From NCBI GenBank assembly GCA_012295275.1, contig CM022671.1, positions 20,398,001 through 20,462,000 on the forward strand: a DNA stretch of 64,000 nucleotides, written 5' to 3'. The DNA is from Chrysomallon squamiferum. Its lineage: Eukaryota > Animalia > Mollusca. The notes beneath the pieces are model-generated. The model made no database searches. It saw only the letters and a list, made by a program, of their open reading frames with translations, and had not been told where the DNA came from. Positions 12,153-25,257 of the stretch are shown one piece after another. The first letter of the stretch is position 1. Each line of letters starts with the position of its first letter. The position numbers and the translations under genes were made by a program.

Positions 12153-15100
12153 ATGACAGACACGAGTAAGTGCCTAAAATAATAATTGTTGTTGTGGTGG
12201 TTGCTTTTTATATATACACAGACTTATTATCACTCTTTGTAACATTTATCTTTTCTAGTTTGTTTGTTGTTACTGATAAACCTGTTTTCAAAGGTTTCAT
12301 AGTTCAAACAGTCCACAGTTAATGGATGAACGTTTTAAAATGTACACATGTACCATTCATGATATAAACAGACAAAATATATGTTGTATATTTTTAAGGG
12401 TTAGCTTTATAACTGATTCTGCAAACAAAATAATAATATGACAAAATAATAATACTAATAATACAATTTTTTTTTAGAAATAAATAGACAAGAACCACAT
12501 TAATAATAATAAATAAATATGTAAATTGTCAGGACTGTGAATGTGAGAAAGTAAAAAAGATGAAATTTTCACTTAATCATGACATAACATTTGTCATAAA
12601 AAGAGAAGTAAATAATCATTGATAGGCTGAGGGAAACAACAATTTATCAGTTACATGCTTTGTCTGTGTATTATTTGCTCACATTTCCATGTAAGAAATG
12701 ACATCACAATAGAAAAATATAGGTCTACATATATCCTCACCTATTTTTATTAACACATTTTATTATTTGCAAGAGAAAATAAAATAAAAGCATGGTAAAA
12801 ACATACAAATTTATTTAGGCCAATTTTGAACATGCCACTAAATGCAGCACTTTAATAACTTAATGGGGTTTTTAATGATTATTATGCTGTTAATACAAAC
12901 TGAGACAGACTGGTATTCAACAAACTTTTTCATTTGGTGCATTTTGGAGTTCATCATAGCTGAATGTAATGTTTTGAAATTATAAAAAGAAAAAAGTTTT
13001 TATTATATGTTTTTAGCATTAATTTGTGGATTTTGTTTGTTTAAAATAATGTAAATTTAATTTTATTATTTTATTAATGCTATTTCTGTTTTAAATTTTA
13101 TTATTTAATGATTATTATTATTATTATTTAACTTCATGTTTAATTTAATTTAAATTCTTCTAAAAGTAGAGAAGTCTTGAAAAAAGAAAAACGATTCTAC
13201 ATCATATAATCTTTTAATGCATTTTGCAGATGGAAACCCTAAGTCCAATATGGCCACTCCTGAGCAGCCGAAAAGTGGAAGTGGTAATATTTTATTATTA
13301 ATCTTTAATATGTAATAAATATGTGAGATAAAAAATAAGAAGTAATTTCTCCCTGTTTCAGCATCATTTTTAATTGAATTTATGATAATTATATGGCTTT
13401 TAAAGCAATATTAAGTGAATGTGTTTGTATCTGATGCATGTGTGTGTGTACATGTGAGACAGAGAGAGAGAAAAAGATGTGAATCAAATTTGTGAGGCAT
13501 TGAATAGCTGTTAAGCTTTTTGTTTGTTTGTTGTCATTTTGTTTTGTTTATATATATTTAAATACCTTATTTATAATTTATGCAAGAGATCAGTCTGTTT
13601 TGAAGTAAATATAATTTTCAAATATTAAAATTAACCTAATGTCTTAGCAAATGAATTTCAAAACAAAAACAATCTAGCGTATTAACTGTAACACTAAACT
13701 GATACATGGCAAAAATAGTAAAGAGCACTAAACATAATCCTAGATATTTTCAGTCATCCTATTTCGGAAGAAGGCTTTTTTCTCTCTGTCAGCTATTTTT
13801 ATCTATGCAAATATAATGTTTTAACTTCCAGGAGACCCTGTTATCAAGGCATCCCAAGAACCTGATGAATATCATCAAGCCATCCACATCATACTGGTCA
13901 CTGTGGTCAGTGTCATTGGCATTGTTGGAATTGTTGCCCTGATCTTACTTATATGGCGCTACTTGAAAAACAGGCGACAGGGAAATCACCGTGAGTAATT
14001 GATTTATTGATTAATGAAGACAAGCTGTGATGTGCTGCAGCCACTTGAGCTATTAAGTTGTTGTGGGACACCGAGAAGGTGGTAATCTACAGGAGCTTAA
14101 TACAGACCCAGATAATGATGATACATTATTAATTTATCATCCTTGTTGATCCAGTTCTGATCACATTCAGAAATATGCTACAGCGTGAAAAAATAAGTGT
14201 TGTTAGTACACATTTGCTGTGAATGTGATTCCATATTTTTATATATTTATGTGAATCCATCCATGCATATACATGTATATTTGTGTATCAGATTTTAAAT
14301 TGTGATTCAGTAATATTTTTCTTCTATTTTCAGTAAGACATAACAGAAGCCCAAGTTTGGATTCTATTTCTGTTGGTAAGTAGTAGGCTTATTAATTTTG
14401 TTTGTCCCTTAAAATATATATTTTTTTATTTTATTGTTAAAATATTATACAATATTTATGTTTACCTAAGATAATTAATATTGAAAATCCTATTAAGGTT
14501 AAACATCATTAGTTGAAATAACTTTAAACAATTTTACAACTAGTTTCCAAATTTTTTGTATGTTGAGTGATTTAATTATTATTTTTTTTTTTTTAAAGCC
14601 TTATTATATTTATTCTTTACCGAAGATTTAACAATTTTTATTAAATCTTGTCAGTATTTTAAAATTGATTATTATTTTTATTATTATTATCAACACAATT
14701 AGTTATATTTAAATTATTAATCTTTTTATTATAACTAAATATATATTCATAATGTCTTACTTTGATTGAAATAATAAATTCTTAGATTTCTTTGTCATGC
14801 CATCATTAAATGATTAATATGATTTATTTCTGTTATTGTTTTTGTTATTATTGTTGTATTTCAGAAAATGTAAAAAATATATATTAATCAATTTCCTTTT
14901 GATTTGTTTTATATGTTGTTGTTAACGTTAACTGATTTTCTCCTCTTTTTTTTCTTCATCACATGTAGAGGTGAGTAATAAACAGCTACCTGTGGTTTTG
15001 CTCCTTTATTCTTATGATTGTCCTATGCACGAGAAAGTAGTGCAGGCTTTGGCTGGATTTCTAATGGAAGTGTGCAACTGTAATGTCACCCTTGACCTTT

Positions 15101-16440
15101 TTGAAGAACAGATTATACATGATCAGGGCCTGGATGACTGGCTTGTAGAAAGGTTGCAGGATGCAGATTTCATAGCAGTAGTTTGTTCTGTTGGGGCCAG
15201 GTTAAGGTGCTCAAAGAAAAGGATCAAATTTAAAATCGATGGCCTTCGGACATTGCCTGATTATTTTGCAGTAGCTGTGGATTATGTTGCTGAGAAAATG
15301 AGGGCTGAAAGAACAAAAGGTTTGTCAATGGCTAAGTTTATCACGCTGTACATGGATTATTCAACAGCTAGTGACATACCTTTGCAGCTGGAGACTGGAG
15401 CCAAGTTCTGCCTGATGAAAGACATTTCCAAACTCCATAGTCACTTGCACTGTGCAGATTCAGAGGACAGAAAAATAACATTCCCCACCATGACAGAAAA
15501 TACATATCAGGAAACAGAGACTGGTGCAGACTTGTATGTTGCTATTCAGCAGGCTAAAGATTATTTTGCACATTATCCAAACTGGGTGGAAGACAGATTG
15601 GAACCCCTGACAACCAGTGCAGGTAAAAAGAAGACTCGACACAAGAGGAAAACATCACTGGAACAGCCATTACTGCAAAGTAGTTGTTGTGAAGATAAAA
15701 TAAAGTCACTGACTAACTGCCTGGACACAACAGCAGAAGTGCACACTCTACCAAATGTGATAGGCAGGCAGGAGACACAGATAAACTCATTTTTTTACAG
15801 TCGACAGAATTCTCTGCCATCATCACTCAGCAGTCATGTGACACCACACCTGTCAACCAATCACATTAGCATTTCAAAAAGTTTTGACAATTTTTATCCA
15901 ACCGGGCAAACTGGAGACAAAGATGATCTGCCCCCATGTATTATTTGTGGCAAGTGTGTGCACACTGACGGCAAGATGACATGCAGGAAGAGGAAAGAAC
16001 CTCCTGAAATTGAGCTAGATTTGGATTATATTCCACCTAAGAATAAGAGCAAATCCATGCCGGTTGTTTATGGCACTGAGTTGAGTAGTTCTCAGACTGT
16101 TCTTCAGGCTGAGGTGCACAATGAGTGGGAGAGTGATGGAAGAATATCACCTCTCTCTGACTCGCCAGATTCTGCATCGTTGTCAGGTTCTGACACTTTG
16201 GAACGCGACCTGCATTCAATCAAAGTACTGCCTACATTTGATAATGTCCATTACTCGGCTTCATCCTACATGCTCAATGAGTTGTCACCACTGAGACGTC
16301 TTTCATCATCAGTGATTGTGTCCTCATTGTCCGACTACCGAATCCAGGCCGTTCCCACTCTGGTTCCTGTTTATCAACGAATCATGATGGAAACTGATGG
16401 GAACACCACTGCACAAGATGGACAGGTTTTCAGTTTGTAA
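12153..16440 (+). CDS. Single-pass TM + SEFIR protein (IL-17RD-like cytoplasmic domain) with only a ~40-aa N-terminal segment (~579 aa)
   Basis: Exons 12153-12165, 13230-13283, 13832-13990, 14334-14375, 14969-16440 are all joined in phase 1 (1740 nt); in-frame TGA upstream at 12096. TM IILVTVVSVIGIVGIVALILLIW followed by RYLKNRR. Clear SEFIR (VLLLYSYDCPMHEKVVQALAGFL...CNVTLDLFE...QGLDDWL...ADFIAVVCS...KFCLMKDISKL). Confidence 0.8.
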
Positions 16441-18267
16441 GGCTCAACAGAAGCAACTTCTGTGAATTTGTACATCGGTCAACTTAATAATTTCTGAGAT
16501 GATCACAATTCGCAAGTCTCAGTAGTCCATATTTTTAAAAGATGTTAATGAAATCCAGTTACTTGGTATTTATTATGTAATTTATTCAATATAGTTTGGT
16601 TGATTTTCTGTAAGTGTTAAATATGAGAAAGTTCATATTTTAGATAATTGATTCTTCTAATCAGGCTTTATGTAAAACGGGTATCTACCTGATGCCAAGA
16701 CTTAACCCTTTAAAATGTAAATATTTATTATCAAATGAGTAAATGAAAGTGTAAGACAAATAAAATATTTAACTATTTGTTTATGTGCTGTATGTTTGTA
16801 ATCAATATTTTGGATATTTTCACCAAAAAATAAATCATAATTGAATAACTTGTACTGCAATTTTCCCATCTCTGCTGTGTGTTATAAAAAAAACTGCTAA
16901 ATCTCAGATTTCACATTACTGCATAGCTACAAAATTACAATTTCACTTGACAGTCCACAACGAAATCTTATTATTGTTGTTCTATAAAATATAAGACATT
17001 ATTCTTTCATTTTTGTCAGTTGTCATATTCCATTGTTTATTTCTTCTTAGTTTTACTCATTAGAACAAACCAAATAATGAAACTTCAGTGCAGCTGATCT
17101 TAATGTATAAAATTTACCAGAAATCACTACTTAACAGCTCAAAATTTCTCTTATTGTTTTTATATTGTTCCATTTTATTTATTCTTAATTTTACTGGCAA
17201 AAAAAACAATAATAAGTTAAGATTGGACTGTATAAAACTAAAGAAATTGTCACTTATATGCTTACTACTCATTGATAATCTTATTAAGTTACTTTGCTAA
17301 AGTCATAGTATGATTTTTTAAAATTCTTCTTTCTGAATAGACATATTCCATTTTAATAATTCTTAATATTTCAGATTAAAGTTAAATAAATTACCTATAT
17401 ACATTTAATCATTTATATATACGTGTTTATAAACTGCCTTCAGAGTGTGTTTTGTAATATATGACCTCTTTTCGTCTAAAACAACTGATAATCCTGAAAG
17501 GATTTAGAAATATTTCAGTCATGCATGTTGTTATTTAATAGGTATTGAAAATATATATATATATATATATATATGTAAGTAATAAATTTAGAACTAAAAA
17601 GTAAAGTTAAATATTACCTATATACATATATATGTGTGTGTGTTTATATATGTGTGTGTGTTTATATATTATATATAAAAGTGCTTTTCTTAGTTTTAGC
17701 TAATCAAATGCCAGTTAGACAATATTATTAAAGGGTTTTGGTGGACTTACATACTATTATAAATGTGATATTTTATATCTATGGTATATTATATTATACA
17801 AAGTTAAAAACTGTTATGTATATATTGTGTGTGTGTCTGTGTATGTGTCTGTGTATATAAGGCTTTATGATACATCTTGGAGAATTTGCTCTTATCACTA
17901 TATCATATCAACACTTGTATGGAAGGAGGCAAAGACACTGAATGACACTAAATTACATAATGATATTCTAGATTCTGTGCTAACGTATGTAAGGCAGGAA
18001 GATTTTTGTAAGGTTATTTTTACTAGAAATAAAAACTGACAATGAAAGTTTCAGTAATCATGATCATCTTTCTTAAACATGACTGTTATAATAGGTGACT
18101 TTGTTTTGGGTTGTTTTTTTCCTCACTTAAAAAAAAATGAAAATTATTATTATTATCATCATCATCATCATTAATTAATATTATTATCACTGTTGTTATT
18201 TATTTATTATTATTACAGTCACACTAAATATAATACTATAAAATGTATTGCAATAGTTTTCTTTTTC

Positions 18268-18269
<2 letters not shown>

Positions 18270-18321
<52 letters not shown>

Positions 18322-18330
18322 ATTATTATT
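18270..18330 (+). repeat. (ATT)n microsatellite
   Basis: Direct reading of the sequence. Confidence 0.9.
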
Positions 18331-18818
18331 AACACTATTACAATTTTAAAAATTTTGTAAGGAAAACAAAGGTTGAATAAGTTTCAGAATTTTTTATTTG
18401 GAAATGTATCACCAAACATAGCAATGCAGATATGTGTTACTATTATTAATTTGTCATCCTAGATTTAAATCATCACAGCCAAAACCTAAATATCATCTTG
18501 AAAAAGGTATGAAAACAAATTAGTATGATCAAGTACTTAGTCAAGTATTAATTGTATGTACTTCCTCACATTCATCATAAATAACAACTAAATATGGCTT
18601 TACAAAACAATTAAATTTACAGGAATCAGTATAAGGATTGACAAGTTTTATTCTAATTTTGCTCATTTTGTTTAATTTGTAAATAGTCTAAATGAACATG
18701 TTACTTCATAGTGGTTATTAAAACATTTACATAATTATGAAAATGTTATATTTTTTATTCATGTATAAAATAAACATTTTTTTTGAACATGTACAAAATG
18801 GATTGTTGTTCATTTCTC

Positions 18819-19003
18819 TGTAGCTCAGTGGACAGAGTGTATGCAAGCGTGAGAGACTGTGGTCTGCAGATTATTCTCTTCTTCATTGGCCTTTTCCCCA
18901 TTCTAGCATGTTCTCTGTGACAAACACCTATAAAATGTGTTTTCCTATCTACAAGAGGGTGCTTATAAACCACACATAACAGGTGATCTGTAAAAGTAGC
19001 CCA
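18819..19003 (+). mobile_element. Degenerate tRNA-derived SINE
   Basis: Starts TGTAGCTCAGTGGACAGAGTG (tRNA A-box-like head), lacks an intact cloverleaf/B-box, and is followed by a GC-richer body ending AGTAGCCC. Confidence 0.5.
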
Positions 19004-22000
19004 CCAAGTAAAATGTGTCCAATGCACACAAAATAACAATAAGAATAACAAAATAAATTAAAATAACAATATTAACAGTAACAATGATGATGATGATAAC
19101 AGTATCAATAACAATAATAAATAAATTGTGTTTCTTACTAAGTGACATTTACTAATGAAAATGCAGTATTCCATCAACCTTGTTATAACCAGGTGTTTTT
19201 CTGGGGCAGTAAAGAATTTAAATAATTTTTGAAAATTAATTCACTTATTCACAGAATAAACTGGTTTATTTTTGATTTTTTAAATAAATGTATCAGTTTA
19301 TATCTGCATATGTTAAGAGTGAAAATGTTTATTAATTTGCAGTGGTTTATGAAACTGGACATACGGATTATGACCAACTCAAATTGACAACAAGAGAGGA
19401 CACCCATTTTAATTAATAAAAAGTAATTTTTTATATTTTTATTTACATGTAATTTGGGTAAACCAGTAATGTGAATGATATCCATGATCAGCATTTCACT
19501 TCTTCTAAAACTGTGCCCGTTGTTATTTTTATTGTTGTTGTTGTTAATCTAAAAAAAAGATTCAACTTTACATTTACCGTATTAATGCTTACTCTTTCCA
19601 CGTTCATTTTAATAAATACTGGATCAACCCTTGAAAACTCACTCATGAATACAACACCGACGTGAAAACTGACAAGTTAAACAAATCTGACCTCACGTAC
19701 TAAGTTGTGAAGACTCCGCCTTTTTTTATTTCTCTCACTCTCTCGCCGTCAAAACACAAACATAAAAAAAAAATAAAAAAATACTAATAAAAATTGTTTT
19801 CCTACAACTGACTTGCAAGTTGGTACCTGCAGACTTCGATTTGTTTACAGTTGTAACGAGACTGTGTCAGCGACATTCTGTTACGTTTAGGTCATATTCA
19901 TTATTCTGTTTTAAAATAAACTTAATAGATAAAAGTTCGCATTAGGTTATGCACCAGTAACTCTGTGATGGATGGTAATCGCTTGACTGTGCACATGTTA
20001 ATGTAACCCTAATCGAGGTAACTTGTAAAAAAAAGTTGTTTTAGTTTTCCAGGCTTGACGATCGAGGAATGTACGGCCGAGAAATCTAGCTAGAAAAATA
20101 ACTGATACGAGATTAAGGTAGGCAACAGTTTCATGAAGTATAGACACTAAGACAGCCATTATAGATCTAGATCATATTGACACATGTATACATTTCTCCA
20201 GTGTTGTTATAGTTAATATTTCCACCAAAAGTTTGTGTGTATATATTACGGTAAAGTTTATGGTACGATAATAACGAAAATAAACACAATTCATGAAAAT
20301 AGTTTGGGCATATGTACGTTGTGGGTGTTACTACGTTAGTACCATGTTCTATAATGTTGACAGCTGTTCCTATTGTACTTTTTTATCGATACGTTTCAGC
20401 TGATAATGGCGCATATTAATTTGTCGATCGTGTATATATTCAGTTTTAGAATTAAGTTGCGAATGATACTAATGCTTAATATTAATTGTTGGGCTCATTT
20501 AAATGACTAATAAGAGGTAAAGTTTCATACAACCTATATAAATAAATAAAATAAATATATAAATAAATATATAAGTAACATAAAACTTGAAAATTTTGTA
20601 CATTTTAATTCTTTAAGCTGCTAAGATTGCAATAGCCTCTGCTGATTGCAACAGACGAAACAATATACAAGGTATACAATTTATATGAGCCATGTTTCGG
20701 AGATATCTTGTTTACCAACTAGAGGTCATCTATTGTGTTGTTATCTTTATACTACCCCGCGTCATTCAGTGATATTTAGTAATTCTGTGAAATATATAGT
20801 GTTAATGTTACCGTTGGAAAAAAACAACAAAATAAATAAATTAATTAATAAAAACGAGAAAACAAAAACAAAAAAATAAAATAAGAAGAAGAAGAACAAC
20901 AAGAAAAATAAAATAATATAAAATAAAATAAATAAATATGATGAAAAAGACGAAAGAAAGGAAAATTAGAAATGGCTTGTGTGAATTTAGTCAACAATTT
21001 CTCATCGTTTATAAAGCGGACTTTTCTGAATAAACGCCTAAATGTAATTTAATACCTCATACCCGAAACTAAATGACTAATAAACTAAATAAATAATTAT
21101 AACAAAAATAACAATAAAAAATAAAATTAATAATAAAAATTAAAATTAAAAAATTTAATCAATCAAAAAAAACCCCAAGAAAAAACACTTCAATTTTGAA
21201 CTCTTATAATTATTATGAACAGTCTCCTAATAGGAATCAAGTTTACAAATAGTATATTTATTCAGCATAAGAGACTGAAGTAACTGTGCAATGCTCTCTC
21301 AAATATCAAAAGGTTGTTATGTTTATCTAGTCTCGCTTCTTTGGTTTGTTTTATCTGTCTGAACCTGACTTAAACATGTCTAGAAAAATATCACTTGTAA
21401 CTTCCGCTTTAGTACTTCTTCGTTATGAGTGCCTTAAGGTCATTGTGTCTCAGTATAATTATCCTGCAGTTCATTAATTTGAGATTTCCAGTTGATAAGG
21501 ACACGTGTTATTTTTTACTATTGTTTTTTTTTTTTTTTAAAGTAAAATTAGTTCCCCCCCATGTCATTTTATTAAAAAGGATGCATCCCTCCTTCCTATT
21601 TAACTATTTTATAAATTAATTAATTAATTATAAATAAATAAATAATGATAACATTAAAATAAGTTGTCAACATATTTCCTATTCCGTTTTCAGAAAATCG
21701 GATTAACAATATCAAAATGTAATAAAAAATGTGTTAGGTGACAGTAATAGACGACTATTTCACTAATAACATTATTTATTTATTTAGCGCTAACATTTCT
21801 ATAAATTACAAGCATGCTTAACATAAAAATGTCCACCCCTTTTGTCGTCTGTGTATGTGTGTTTGAAAAATGTGTGTATGTGTGTATGTATGATGCATAA
21901 TGTGTATGCTTATATGCATGTCTATTTATGTATGTATTATTGTTATTATTATTTATGAATGTATTATCGTTATTATTATTTATGAATGTATTATCGTTAT

Positions 22001-22023
22001 TATTATTTCCCCACAGAATCAAC

Positions 22024-22979
22024 ATGATGAATATCACTAACACGACAGCTCAGATCAGTGGCAGTATCGGAGAAGGTGTCTTCGGCATCATCCTGTCCAT
22101 CTGGATAATAGTCTCCAATGCCACTTTAATTATCAGTTTGCTCATTGAAGAAAAAAACCGTCGCAGTTCATTCTGTCTTCACATCGTCAATATTGCCGTC
22201 GCTGACCTTTGGTTGGAGTAGTTGTAGTTCCAATCATGGCAGACTATCTGCTGAAGACGTCGTGGCTACTTGGCGAGGATATCTGTCAATTCTGGATCAT
22301 ATCTGACAGTTTGCTATGTACAGTATCCATCATAGCGATACTGATGATAAACTGCGACAGATTCATGTTTGTTACGTGTCCACAGATTTTCTACAATTCC
22401 AGTGCCAGATACATATTCAGTTGCATAATGATTATAATCCCTTGGGTGATTGGAGTGGTTCTTGTGCTGCCGCTGTGGGTTGTAGGGGCTAAATACATAG
22501 CTAAACACGAGGTCTTATGCCAGCTTGTTCTGAAGCAAGACTACCAGGTGCTGTCGCTTTTTGTAAGTTTTTTCGTGCCAGCATTCTTTGCGATAGCCAT
22601 GAATGTATCCATTTTAATACTGTTTTGTTTTCTTCGTAAACGATTAAGGAGTATTCTTCCTTCACAGGCGGGAAACCCACGAATTCAGATTCTTTCAGTT
22701 TGTTTAATTTCTGTTGTTTTTATTGTTATGTGGAGCCCGTTTTTCGTGCTTCTTGTTTTACTCTCCGCTTTGGAAGATTACATGCCGCCTAAAGGATTAC
22801 TATCATTCGCAGTGTGGTTGGGATATGCTAATTCAGCCATAAACCCGCTGTTGTGGTTGGTGTATCCACTGGTCAGAGATGCCTACAGTAACCTGTTGTG
22901 TTGCTGTCGTAAGAACGTTGTTAAAGAAAACAAAGATGATGATAACAGAACGTCAATGATAGAGTCGCAAGATATTTAA
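22024..22979 (+). pseudogene. Class A aminergic-type GPCR, single coding exon, with a 1-nt deletion frameshift at ~22208 (pseudogene, null allele or sequence error)
   Basis: Frame 1 gives TM1-TM2 (SNATLII...NIAVADL). The shifted frame continues LVGVVVVP, W..G..IC, TM3 WIISDSLLCTVS..DRF, TM5 FFVP, TM6 MWSPF, TM7 WLGYANSAINPLLW and a CCC palmitoylation site. GAC CTT TGG TTG needs one more T to read D-L-L-V-G. Acceptor ccacag at 22016. Confidence 0.85.
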
Positions 22980-24974
22980 GTTGAACCATGGAAATAAAAC
23001 AGTCAGAGAGTAATGAACACTCGTTCTGTTATGATGAGAACACACATCAGTGTACACATTTTACAAATTGTTTGATGATACCTTTACGGTATCAAGAATA
23101 ATTTTACAATTTAATATTGCTAACAAATCGATTGTTTTTTTTTTCCTCTTGTTAACATGACTTAAAACAACAAACAAGTAATTATAGTGGTATGTACTAT
23201 TCTCTCTGCTGTAAGATGGATGTAAAAAGTTAATTAAAAAATTTATTCCATCGCTTAGTGGAAGCGGGTTTAATGTCTTTTTATCTGTGTGAGCCGAAAA
23301 ATTACGTGCTATGTCAGTTAATTGTAGATCAGAATGAAGCTTAGAATGTCATTTTGTAATAAAGTTATATTAAACAAAACTCTGCAAACAAAGCTCCTGT
23401 TTTATCCAGTGCCGAGTTTCTGATTTATTATCATCATTCTTAACTTTTCATCAAACAAACAAGAACTGAAACTGTTAATAACTATAACAAAAGTAGCTGC
23501 TTTGCTGTTTAATAAATAAATATTCATTTATTCTTTTTAATTGATATAATTTCTAATATCCCAGAAAAATGTAACAATCATTTTAAAATTGTATAGCGGT
23601 ACATTTGTATAGAGAATGCATTTTTCTAAACTGTATATTATTATTATTCTTGTATATAAAATTGTTATTTTTATATTTATTTATTTTGCGGATGATAAAT
23701 AATAATAATAATTATAATAACAATAATATTATTATTGTTTTTATCAACCATTTATCTCTCTACCTACGTATTTATTCTTTATCACGTGTTATTTTCTGCA
23801 TATAATTAGATTGCTTAAGCAGAAAGTATTACCCCAAAGGATTATTTTTCACTGTTGCTCAGACTGTATAAACTTTAGTACAACAAAGAGTATATCCATA
23901 AATAGAAAAAACACCTGACAATATTTACTTAATACTTGCCTAGAAAATGCTGATTTTTAAATTCTATTTATTATTATTATTAACATCATCATCATCATCA
24001 TCATCATAGTTATTATTGTTATTGCTGTTACTGTTGCTATGGAAAGCTTAACAGCATCGTGTGACCACTAACGTAAGCAACAATTTTACATTCTTAAGGA
24101 TTCCTAGCAGTCATGGAGTTCATGTGTGCATCTGTTTTTGTGAATTTGTTTTGTGTGTTGTATGATTTTAAAAAAAAAGAAAAGAAGAAGATAAAAGTAA
24201 ATAAATGAAATGAACAAAGTATCTTTGTTATTCGTTGTTTCTTGAATTAAAATTATACTTTATTTTTACATAAATAAATGAAGGCGCCTGATTTCGATGC
24301 TGTAATATGAATAACTAACGTACGTTCATAAAATCTTCACACAGCTTCATACGAACTGTTCTAATGTACAAGAAGCCTTCGTGTAACAATTCACCATTAA
24401 GGAAATTCAGTAGCGACGGACAATGCTATTTTGGTTTTGGTATTATTGCAGTATGGAAATAATTTGTAGTAGATAATAATACTGACTTATTATAACGTGT
24501 ACTGTTTCCTATAGCTGAAAAGTAAGAAACAATTTTCTTTATTATTATGATTATACATTTATTTATTTTCGCCAAAACGATTCAGTGGTACATACGTCAT
24601 ACACCATTTGGGATAGCACTTTTCTCTCCTTCTTTCTTTCTCTCTTTCTCCGTCATACACACAAACGAGAGACGCGTGTGACAGGGTATAGAGAACGAAT
24701 AATAATGTAATTTAGAACTACACAAATATAAGATGAAAACAAACGCATAATGATGATTATAAAAAGAAATACATGATTGAACTTTAATAACTCGAAAAAT
24801 GAATAAAAATTTAGAAGCAAAATTAACATCCACAAAGATACAAATGCAGAGTGGTTTTTCTTTCCCTTTCTTTTTTGTTTTTTTGTTTTTCTTTTGTTAA
24901 TTTTGGTTCATTTGCTTTTTAAACACATTATTTCAAAGTGAATGGTTTTAAAACCGTTAAAAACAGCTGAATGA

Positions 24975-25174
24975 CTAGCTGTTGCTTTCCGACATGAAAG
25001 ATGTCTCCATCTGTTCCAAAGTCTTATTTTTGGTTTCTGGCAAAACGATCACTACTGATATAAAACCACAGATACATATCCCAAAGTACAGCCAGAAAGT
25101 TCCTTTGAAAACAATAATAAATAAATATTTAACGAGCGATATATATATAAAATTAAATTATTAATTAATAAATT

Positions 25175-25257
<83 letters not shown>

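Noticed and set aside
14110-14162. ATGATGA...CTGA resembling C/D snoRNA boxes
   Set aside because: Only ~46 nt between boxes, with no convincing terminal stem or recognisable guide.
18819-18895. tRNA gene
   Set aside because: Only an A-box-like head; no T-arm/B-box or acceptor stem, so treated as a SINE remnant.
20053-20117. Candidate upstream exon of the GPCR
   Set aside because: Good splice signals but only a 6-codon ATG ORF. Probably non-coding, and it cannot be linked without transcripts.
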